NCBI GenBank assembly: GCA_002269645.1
Contig: NIVC01005021.1
Coordinates: forward strand, 1 to 28,434
Source: Macrostomum lignano
Taxonomy: Eukaryota
Reading direction: 5' to 3'
Length of the DNA stretch: 28,434 nucleotides
The notes under the pieces are model-generated. The model made no database searches. It had not been told where the DNA came from and saw nothing but the letters and a program-made list of their open reading frames with translations. Position 1 is the first letter of the stretch. Every line of letters starts with the position of its first letter. Position numbers and translations under genes: made by a program. This document shows, one piece after another, positions 1 through 10,829 of this stretch.

Positions 1-239
1 TAAACTTGGACAATGACAGCCCTTGAGAGATGAGCGAGTAACCGGTTTTATTTTCTCGTTATCTTTTGCTTGCGTGTCAGAAAGACTCTTAAAACACACT
101 GCTGGCTTACATCTCAAAACTCACACAGCCTTAGCCTAAAACTCCAGCTTCGTTATTCTATGAGGTCGGCTGTTTGGATAGCTGGGGTCAAGACAAGTAG
201 AAGGCTGTTGTTTTTTTCGCTCCGGTGTTGAGCACTTTT

Positions 240-710
240 CCAGTGGCTTCGAGCTCCCGCTCAGAGACAACTTCAATTCAACAAAATCAGCGAACCGAAA
301 CAGCTCAGAGCTGCGTATGAGTGGCCTCTGCGGCTCTGTGCTGCTCAGTAATGCTGGGTTTTAGTTGCTCTTGCTGTTGAATTGCAGCTTCCATTGTTAA
401 TGTGGGGCTGTCGACACTCAAAAAGCTCTAAAAACTTTTGCCCATTCAATAATTGCTACAGCAATGCCCAAGCCTGAGACTGGGTGCGTCATCAACTCCT
501 GCCAATCCTCCATCTCGTGTTTGGACGGTGCGGGGCTGCAACATGATGAGGAAAGAGAAAATAATTTGTTATTCTTGCCTGGGCAGAGTTGGTCCTGCGG
601 ACAATAAGGCTGGGCCAGCGAGAGATCAAATGTACAAGTACAAGCTTGTATGTCTGGCTCAGCTTATTCTTGATAAACTTTATAAATGATGCAGAGACTC
701 AGACCTGATT
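240..710. repeat. Dispersed direct duplication, copy A (paralog of 1824-2330)
   Basis: Shared blocks, e.g. CCAGTGGCTT(C/G)GAGC, CTGCGTATGAGTGGCC(T/C)CTGCGGCTCTG, TTGCAGCTTCCATTGTTAATG, TGTCTGGCTCAGCTTATT and CAGACCTGAT. Boundaries approximate. Confidence 0.85.
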
Positions 711-775
711 GATGTAGAATATCTGCTCAAAGTAAGATCTGTAACACTGACATATGACCTAGTAACATATCCGAA

Positions 776-1395
776 GTGTGTTATGTAGACAGAACCGTGT
801 TTACGAGTATCTAGATGTGTGATATGCAGACGTGTGTTTATGCAGGCAGAAGTGTGTCTATGTAGACAGAATTGTGTTTATGCAAACAGAAGTGTGTTTA
901 TGCCGACAGAAATGTGTTTATGCAAACAGAAGTGTGTTTATGCCGACAGAAATGTGTTTATACAGACAAAAAAGTGTTTATGCAGACAGAAGTGTGTTTA
1001 TGTAGACAGAATTGTGTTTATGCAAACAGAAGTGTTTTTATGCCGACAGAAATGTGTTTATACAGACAGAAGTGTGTTTATGCCGACAGAAATGTGTTTA
1101 TACAGACAGAATTGTGTTTATGCCGACAGAAATGTGTTTATACAGACAGAAGTGTGTTTATGCAGACAGAAATGTGTTTATACAGACGGAAATGTGTTTA
1201 TACAGACAGAAATGTGTTTATGCAGACAGAAACGTGTTTATACAGACAAAAAAGTGTTTATGCAGACAAAAGTGTGTTTATGCAGACAGAAGTGTGTTTA
1301 TGCACAAAGAAGCGTGTTTATACAGACAGAAATGTGTTTATGCAGACAGAAGTGTGTTTATGCAGACAGAAGTGTGTTGATATAGACAGAGTTGA
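776..1395. repeat. 20-bp minisatellite (consensus TGTGTTTATGCAGACAGAAA), about 30 units
   Basis: Direct periodicity; produces the repetitive + strand ORFs at 819, 872 and 1012. Confidence 0.95.
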
Positions 1396-1823
1396 ATTCT
1401 GTTAGCCAGAAGGGATTTTTGACACTGATATTTGATGCTCTGCATTTCAATGGCATCTGCAACAACAGAAAAATCACTTCACCCGCCAGCCACGCTGTGG
1501 CCAAAAAGGGGTGAGAAGTCAGAGAGCGCATCTCTGGGTCATAGCCCTCAAAACGTCACACCCCCAGATTGGTTTCCGGCGCCAGCATCGGTCAAAAGCC
1601 TGTCAGAATATGGCCATCCAAGCAATCTTTCATGATTAAATACAAATATCTAACAAATATGCAAACACTGGAAAGGTAAGAAATGTTGTTGATGGAGAAA
1701 AAAGATTCAACTATTCTCAATCTTTATGAAAGAAATAATTCACAGATTCACAGATGAAAGAATTCACAATATATGCGGGGACAATGAGAGCCTCTCTGAC
1801 AGATGAGGCAGAGAGATGAAGCA

Positions 1824-2330
1824 CCCAGTGGCTTGGAGCGGCTGTTCTAAGAAAACTTCAATTCAAAACTGCGTATGAGTGGCCCCTGCGGCTCTGAGCT
1901 GCTCACTGATGCTGGATTTTAATTGCTCCTGCTAATGCAGCGGTTACTATTGCAGCTTCCATTGTTAATGCGAGGCTGTCAACCACTCGAAAAGTACTAA
2001 AAATGTGGCTCATTAAATCATTAATGCAGTTTATACAGCAACTGCAGAGCTGCTCCATTAGGCCTGAGACTGGGTGCGCCATCAACCCCTGTCTCTCCTC
2101 CATCTCGTGTTCGACGTGGTGCGGCTCTGCAACGTGAGAAGAGAGAGAGAGAGTTGTTTGTTACTCTTGCCAATCGGTAACTGTGGGTCAGACTTTGTCG
2201 AGAGCTGCTTCTGCGGATAATGGGGCTGGGGCAGCGGGAGATAAAAAAAATGTGTATCATGTCTGGCTCAGCTTATTTTTGATGAACTTTAAGCATAAGT
2301 GGTGCGGAATGTCTGCAGAGAGTCAGACCT
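1824..2330. repeat. Dispersed direct duplication, copy B (paralog of 240-710)
   Basis: Same collinear blocks as copy A. Confidence 0.85.
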
Positions 2331-2335
2331 GATCC

Positions 2336-2735
2336 ACTGACAGATTCGCTACTGACAGATCCCCTACTGACAGATCCCCTACTGACAGATCCCTACTGAC
2401 AGATCCCCTACTGACAGATCCCCTGCTGACAGATCCCCTACTGACAGATCCCCTGCTGACAGATCCCCTACTGACAGATCCCCTACTGACAGATCCCCTT
2501 CTGACAGATCCCCTACTGACAGATCCCCTGCTGACAGATCCCCTGCTGACAGATCCCCTACTGACAGATCCCCTACTGACAGATCCCCTACTGACAGATC
2601 CCCTACTGACAGATCCCCTACTGACAGATCCCCTACTGACAGATCCCCTACTGACAGATCCCCTACTGACAGATCCCCTACTGACAGATCCCCTACTGAC
2701 AGATCCCCTACTGACAGAACCCCTGGCAGATACCT
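2336..2735. repeat. 15-bp minisatellite (ACTGACAGATCCCCT), about 26 units
   Basis: Direct periodicity; same unit as 20416-21253. Confidence 0.97.
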
Positions 2736-2976
2736 TGTCAATATACATGTATTCTAAATTAATTATCAAGTGCACACGTGCAGTAAAAGTGCATGAATGG
2801 ACTCAAAAGTTTTCAAGTCATTTCGACTCATTAAGTAGCCTCAGATGCTGCAGTCGCTGGCACGCAACTCAAATTTGAAATAAAATACTCATTTATCACA
2901 GACTACTGTTGGTAGGATTGGGTGAGGCCGCCTTCTGGTTCAATATAACAAATTGTTCTTAATCGAGTTGTTAATC

Positions 2977-2990
2977 GTTACCATGGCAAC
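2977..2990 (+). promoter_or_regulatory. Candidate RFX X-box GTTACCATGGCAAC
   Basis: Exact fit to the RFX/DAF-19 consensus GTHNYY-AT-RRNAAC; retained in the paralog at 26471-26484. Confidence 0.45.
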
Positions 2991-3803
2991 AGTAGTCCTG
3001 GCTTTGAGATGCAAACAAGCAGTAGAAGACGTCTATTTACTGCCGTAATAAAAATTATTTGAAAGAAGTTCTTCACAAGCAGAGCCGAAGGCCTCAGTGC
3101 GGGCCTCTTGGAGACCTCCTGCTGCCATTTTGCCCAAATATTGTGAGCGGCATTTTATAAAAAGTTCACATGAGTAACATTCGGGTAGAGCCATAGCGGT
3201 GTTTTATTCTATACAAACCCATTAGAAACCCTGGTCACTTGGTTCGGAGATGACAGAAATGCCACGATGTCTTTGTGTGGCACCTTTATGGCGCCTCACT
3301 GCTTCCTGGCGCCTCTGATTACTACACCATAATTTTGGCAAATGTCTTCTGAGTAATTTCCCCTGACAATGAAAGTACTTTTTTCCCTCTGCAAAGGTCT
3401 GCTGTGCTATGCGTGGATTTAGACTCGAAACTCTCTTTGACTGACTTCATTCATTTGATCTCATGAAAGACTGGGCTTTCAGGTGCAAATCGCAGTAGCC
3501 GCATCTCTTCCAGCTGCAGGCGGTTGAATTTACCCCAGCAGTTTCTAATTTTAGCAGCTCGCTCCCACGGATACTACTGACCAGCACTGGGCAGCAGTTC
3601 CCGAATGAGGTTGAGAAGCGGGAAAAGTTGATTGGCTCTCAGCAGCAAAAGCCTTCAGCGCTGGGGTTAAAATGGACAGCAGCTCGCTCTGAATGCACTT
3701 GGAGAAATATCGTTTATTGTTTGTTTTGCTTATATCGTTTATTCTTTCCAAGTATCGAAAGTACTTTCTTTAGCACTCATTGCTTTTTGGCTTCATTAGA
3801 GCA

Positions 3804-4833
3804 ATGCGCCGGAATGACCCAGATGAAGAGCTCTTTCAGGCGATTGAAGCAGACGATTTGCAAGCCGTGGAGAACTTCATTGCCAGTGGGAGGAGTGTCG
3901 ACATGATTCTCACTTGGAGAGAAAATGAGTTGACACCGCTGATGTGGGTATGTTTATTGAGCAGAATCGGCATCTTAGTGAGGCTGATTCGAGAGAGCGT
4001 CGATGTTAACAAACAGAACAGGGGTAGATACTCGCCATTGTTTTTTGCATGTCTACTGGGCCATAGTGAGGCTGTCGATTTACTAATCCAAGCACGAGCC
4101 GACGTCAATCTTCAAGAGAAGGTCAAAGATGAGTCACCTCTCTACATTGCATCAATGCAAGGCCACTATGATGTTGTAGATCGACTCCTCAAGGCACAAG
4201 CCGACGTCAATCTTCCACGAAACAATGGCGAGTCACCTCTCTACATTGCATCAGCGCGAGGCCAACATGAGATAGTGGATCTACACCTCAGAGCAGGAGC
4301 CAACGTCAATCTTCAACGAAACAGTGGCCAGTCACCTCTCTACTTTGCATCACAAAATGGCCACCATGAGGTAGTAGATCGACTCCTCATAGCGCGAGCC
4401 GACGTCAGTCTTCAACGAAACACTGGCGAGTCACCTCTCTACGTTGCATCAGCGCAAGGCCACCATGAGGTTGTCGATCGACTCCTCAAAGCAGGAGCCG
4501 ACGTCAATCATCGACTCATCACTGGCTCGTCACCTCTCTACATTGCATCACAAATGGCCACAATGAGGTACTAGATAGGCTCCTCAGAGCACGAGCTGAC
4601 GTCAATGTTCGACTCATCACTGGCGAGTCACCACTCTACACTGCCGCTCAAAACGACCACCATCAGGTGGTTGAGTCGCTTCTCAATGCCTCCGCTCTCG
4701 AAGGCTCTCGAGAGTCACTTCAATCCGCTCTCAATCGTGCCATCGAGTTCAGCAGTGAGCGATCTGCGCAAGTTCTGCACCGTGCGCTGACGGGCGATGA
4801 GCGACCGAATTCGGCCGCAGAAACTGCAGAGAG
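3804..4833 (+). CDS. Ankyrin-repeat cGAS-like (Mab-21) protein, exon 1: about 8 ankyrin repeats plus caps; 1-nt frame break at 4552-4554
   Basis: ATG at 3804 (MRRNDPDEELF...) followed by repeated SPLYIASxxGHxEVVDRLLxAxADVN. At 4552 CAAATGGC lacks one A relative to CAAAATGGC in the sister repeat at about 4352. Restoring it gives ...QNGHNEVLDRLLRARADVNVRLITGESPLYTAAQNDHHQVVESLL...AAETAE and a phase-2 GTGAGC donor at 4834. Confidence 0.85.
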
Positions 4834-5183
4834 GTGAGCGCTGCTGAGTTGCTGCTTGTTATAGGGGTGTGAAACACTGCTGCAGGTTTTGTGGTCGGTG
4901 AAACTTGGTTCTTTATACTTGTGACCAGCATTTTAATCAATCTAGTGTCCCTGCATATCCATTAGTCAGGTGTCTGTATGGACCTTCAGGTACCTGCTAT
5001 TTTGAAGTCGCCATTTCGAACAGTGAGATTTGAAGATCACTCGGCTGCTAGATGATGATGAAATACAAAAATCTGGCGCGTAGGATGTCCTTCATGAGCC
5101 TTTTGAGAATTCAAGCTTGATCAGATTTTCCATGCCACTCTGGGGTATAAATTGATTATGCATCTGATCTCAGCCAATCACAG
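4834..5183 (+). other. Intron 1 (phase 2, GT-AG, 350 bp)
   Basis: AG|GTGAGC donor. CAG at 5181-5183 is the nearby acceptor whose phase joins exon 1 to the NTase frame. Confidence 0.7.
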
Positions 5184-5563
5184 TGAATCACAGCAGCCCC
5201 CACTCCTCCCATCATCCAGAGCCGCTCCCAGCGACAATGACCTCAGCCAGCAGCTGCACTCAGCGCTGACCCGCTCGGGATTCGTGGACTCCAGAGCCGC
5301 CTTGCAGAGCGCCACGGCTGATGTCCTGCAGGATGTTCTGAGGAGAAGACTGAAGTATGTTGGCCTTTTAGTGGTGGGCAGCGTCTCGGAGGGCTGGGGC
5401 AACAGCCTGGTCACTCTGGACGGCAGAACTGGCATCGAGTCCGACATTGACGTGATTTTGCTACTTGTAGGAAGCACGATTCACCCCAGGGATCTGTGCG
5501 AGTGCAAAGGAGTGACGAAAAAAGTGGAATACCGAAACGGACACGTCTTGAGTCCTGGATACG
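5184..5563 (+). CDS. Exon 2: N-terminal part of the Mab-21/cGAS-like nucleotidyltransferase domain
   Basis: LLVVGSVSEGWGNSL...IESDIDV matches the GS...D-h-D motif of the pol-beta-superfamily cGAS/Mab-21 NTases; phase-1 donor TACG|GTGAGA at 5564. Confidence 0.85.
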
Positions 5564-7509
<1,946 letters not shown>

Positions 7510-7959
7510 TGAGAATGTCCTGAACCGAGTGCCAGATGCAGCTCCCGTTGGACCGATGGGTTGCTGCCTTCATGGCCTTGGCGTCATTATCTACTTTGAG
7601 ATCGAGCAATTTGATGGATTTTTTACTTATTATTATTTTTCTATCATTGAGCTGATGTCAAATTTGCAGCGAATTTAGGAGATTTCTGTTAGCCAAGCAG
7701 CCATTTGCCAGCCGGACTTTTTGCATTAAAACTGATGTCTGACTAACCTGACTGTCTGACTGTTGCATGACATTTCCAACCCAATTTGAATTTGCGACTT
7801 CTTCAGGTGCACACAAGTGATGTATATCAGGATAAAAGCCGATGTATAAGTTGGTCACCAATTGAATTTTCATGTAGTTTCATAACTTTAGCTTGCACTG
7901 CACTTGTACGCTGAGCTGTTCTCCCATGTGTGCCTTGTTTGTGAGTTGTGAGGCTGCGT

Positions 7960-8270
7960 AATTCATGTCTGGCTGCAACTGTCTGACTGGCAAACTGGTA
8001 GACCCAAGTTCATTCCAACTGACGCTTCAGTTCGATGGTGCTGAGTTTGCTCATCTTTATTTCCCAGCACTGCATGCACTGCTCCTCCTAAAGAGTCCCA
8101 TGTAGTCCGAAGCTCATTCCCAAAGAATCTCAAAGTCCTCAGTCAGGGATTCAGGGAGGCAGAGAGGAGTCAAGGAGGCAGAGAGGAGTCAAGGAGGCAG
8201 ATAGGAGTCAGTAGTCACCAGAAAATTTTCCTTCAAAATTCGTGCAGATCAATGCGTAGCTGCTGGAACA
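7960..8270. repeat. Dispersed module, short copy (paralog of about 9900-10790 and partly 16700-16900)
   Basis: Shared GTAGACCC...CCAACTGA(C/T)GCTTCAGTTCGAT...CCCAGCA(C/T)TG, then AAAGAGTCCCATG, GGAGGCAGAGAGGAGTCA repeats and AAAATTTTCC...GCGTAGCTG. Confidence 0.8.
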
Positions 8271-8279
8271 CTCTATCAG

Positions 8280-9030
8280 GTTCTTCTCTCCTTTGCATTG
8301 GCTTTTTATGCTGACTTGGAAGGTCCTCCTGGCATCTTACACAGTGCTTTGCTAACTTCTCAACGTGGCCTCAGATAATGGCCTCAGAGACAGTAGTTGT
8401 AACCTTGGATTGTCGATCTGGCCTAAAGATGATTCCTTTGCTCATTCGGAAGGAATTCTCCTGGCATATTACTCAGTGCTTTGCTACATTCTCAATGGCG
8501 TTGCCATGGGGCATACTTGGCAGGTGTTCGAGCACCTCTCGTCTCATCTCTCCCGGTATCAATAATCTCTGTCCAACCAGCATTAGTTCTTCTTCAACAT
8601 TGAGCTTCTTACGCAAGCTCTAGTAGGGCTTCAGAGACAGTCGCTGCAACCTTGGGTTGTCGATCTGGTCCAAAGCGTACTTATTTGAGATCGGCTCCAG
8701 CGGTCTGTGTTCGACTACTATTTCGAAGTGTTTCAATCTTTCGAGAAAAAGACGACTTCTCTTTCACTGTCTAAGAAACGGACAGCAGTTGAAGCTCGAT
8801 CGTTGCTTAACGACGCTCGGCCTCCAAAACGAATCTTGAGCCGGCTTGGACACTCGCTCTGGTTCTGCTTCAGGGTAAAGCGGTCCAGACAGCTTGGTCT
8901 GGAAGCATCCGAGTGCAATGCAGATAAGAGAGGTAGATAAGAAGTTGATCATAAGAGGTCATCTTAGGGACACTGCTCAGCTCCCTTGTCATCTCCCGGA
9001 ACGCTTCATCATGCTGCTGACTCCAGATGA
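8280..9030 (-). mobile_element. Degenerate Ty3/Gypsy pol remnant (RNase H and integrase zinc-finger region)
   Basis: Minus-strand translations give IQAGSRF, ENPRLQRL-like and LLIPGEMRREVLEHL motifs with stops and frameshifts; near-identical blocks recur at 12780-12960 and 15940-16290. Confidence 0.75.
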
Positions 9031-9062
9031 AGTCATTCTTGGCCTTCAGTAGGTCCCGCAGT

Positions 9063-9945
9063 GGCTCTCAAATGTCTGGCGGGTAAATGTCTTGCTGGCA
9101 AATGTCTGGCAAATGTCTGGCGAGTAAATGCCTAGCTGGCAAATGTCTGGAAAATGTCTGGTGGGTAAACGCCTGGCTGGAAAATGTCTGGAAAATGTCT
9201 GGCGGGTAAATGCCTGGCTGGCAAATGTCTGGCAAATGCCTGGCGAGTAAATGCCTGGCTGGCAAATGTCTGGCAAATGTCTGGTGGGTAAATGCCTGGC
9301 TGGCAAATGTCTGGCAAATGCCTGGCGAGTAAATGCGTGGCTGGCAAATGTCTGGAAAATGTCTGGCGGGTAAGTGCCTGGCTGGCAAATGTCTGGAAAA
9401 TGCCTGGCGAGTAAATGCCTAGCTGGCAAATGTCTGGAAAATGTCTGGTGGGTAAATGCCTAGCTGGCAAATGTCTGGAAAATGTCTGGTGGGTAAATGC
9501 CTGGCTGGCAAATGTCTGGAAAATGCCTGGCGAGTAAATGCGTGGCTGGCAAATGTCTGGAAAATGTCTGGTGGGTAAATGCCTGGCTGGCAAATGTCTG
9601 GAAAATGTCTGGTGGGTAAATGCCTAGCTGGCAAATGTCTGGCAAATGCCTGGCGAGTAAATGCGTGGCTGGCAAATGTCTGGAAAATGTCTGGTGGGTA
9701 AATGCCTGGCTGGCAAATGTCTGGAAAATGTCTGGTGGGTAAATGCCTGGCTGGCAAATGTCTGGAAAATGTCTGGTGGGTAAATGCCTGGCTGGAAAAT
9801 GTCTGGCAAATGCCTGGCGAGTAAATGCGTGGCTGGCAAATGTCTGGAAAATGTCTGGTGGGTAAATGCCTGGCTGGCAAATGTCTGGAAAATGTCTGGT
9901 GGGTAAATGCCTGGCTGGCAAATGTCTGGCAAATGCCTGGCGGAT
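9063..9945. repeat. Minisatellite on a GGCAAATGTCT core organised as about 41-bp higher-order units
   Basis: Repeats such as GGCAAATGTCTGGAAAATGTCTGGTGGGTAAATGCCTGGCT. Confidence 0.95.
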
Positions 9946-10154
9946 AACTGGGAGTAGACCCAATTTTGTTCCCACTGATGCTTCAGTTCGATCTTTATTG
10001 TGCCAATCTTATTCTGCCGATTTTTATCCCCCAGCATTGTATCCGCTGCTCCTCTGTGCTGAGGCCAATTCCCACCTGCTCACCTCGCAGCTGTGAGAGC
10101 TTTTGATGCAATGATAGAAACAACCTTCTTGGAGGGGAGGCAGAGCTGAAGGAG

Positions 10155-10640
10155 TCCCACTAAGTCCCCAGCTCGGTCCCAAAGAGTCCCATGGAGTCCC
10201 ACTGAGTCCGCAGCTCAGTCCTAAAGAGTCCCATGGAGTCCCACTGAGTCCGCAGCTCAGTCCCAAAGAGTCCCATGGAGTCCCACTGAGTCCGCAGCTC
10301 AGTCCCAAAGAGTCCCATGGAGTCCCACTGAGTCCGCAGCTCAGTCCTAAAGAGTCCCATGGAGTCCCACTGAGTCCGCAGCTCAGTCCCAAAGAGTCCC
10401 ATGGAGTCCCACTGAGTCCGCAGCTCAGTCCCAAAGAGTCCCATGGAGTCCCACTGAGTCCGCAGCTCAGTCCCAAAGAGTCCCATGGAGTCCCACTGAG
10501 TCCGCAGCTCAGTCCCAAAGAGTCCCATGGAGTCCCACTGAGTCCGCAGCTCAGTCCCAAAGAGTCCCATGGAGTCCCACTGAGTCCGCAGCTCAGTCCC
10601 AAAGAGTCCCATGGAGTCCCACTGAGTCCGCAGCTCAGTT
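10155..10640. repeat. 42-bp tandem repeat (AAGAGTCCCATGGAGTCCCACTGAGTCCGCAGCTCAGTCCCA), about 11.5 nearly identical units
   Basis: 14-aa periodicity in the overlapping ORFs; no spacers between units. Confidence 0.96.
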
Positions 10641-10644
10641 CAAA

Positions 10645-10725
10645 GGAGTCAGGGAGGCAGAGAGGAGTCAGGGATGCAGAGAGGAGTCAGGGATGCAGAT
10701 AGGAGTCAGGGAGGCAAAGAGGAAT
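10645..10725. repeat. Short 19-bp tandem repeat (GGGAGGCAGAGAGGAGTCA), related copies at 8155-8210
   Basis: Direct inspection. Confidence 0.8.
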
Positions 10726-10829
10726 CGGTGAACTTTGCACTCCATGCACAAAAGTTTTCCTCAGATACAAAATTCTCGAGCAGTTGCGCAGCTGTGGCTG
10801 AGAAAGCCTTCTCTCTAGCACCAAATATA

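Larger units (their letters stand above)
2760..4850 (+). repeat. Segmental duplication (about 1 kb upstream region plus ankyrin exon 1), inverted paralog of 24030-26685
   Basis: Reverse-complement matches, e.g. GTAAAAGTGCATGAA, AGATGCTGCAGTCGCTGG, ATTTATCACAGACTACTGT, AGTTTCTAATTTTAGCAGCTCGCTC, the ankyrin coding sequence and the shared AG|GTGAGCGC donor. Confidence 0.92.

Noticed and set aside
819-1405. Cys-rich ORFs on the 20-bp array
   Set aside because: All three frames are open with the same periodic peptide, which is a repeat artefact.
2323-2775. (RGSVS)n / (GDLSV)n ORFs, also (DPLLT)n at 20406-20852
   Set aside because: Stop-free 15-bp satellite; indels break the frames and there is no unique coding flank.
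9046-10037. Multiple long ORFs over the GGCAAATGTCT arrays (also 16301-16777), superficially pentapeptide-repeat proteins
   Set aside because: Open in several frames on both strands, and the paralogous arrays do not conserve a peptide.
10155-10640. CRISPR-like array (42-bp repeat with an internal hairpin)
   Set aside because: Units are contiguous with no unique spacers, there are no cas genes, and the context is eukaryotic.
7960-10790. Intact LTR retrotransposon
   Set aside because: No TG...CA ends, PBS, PPT or TSD found; the internal region is only fragmentary pol.
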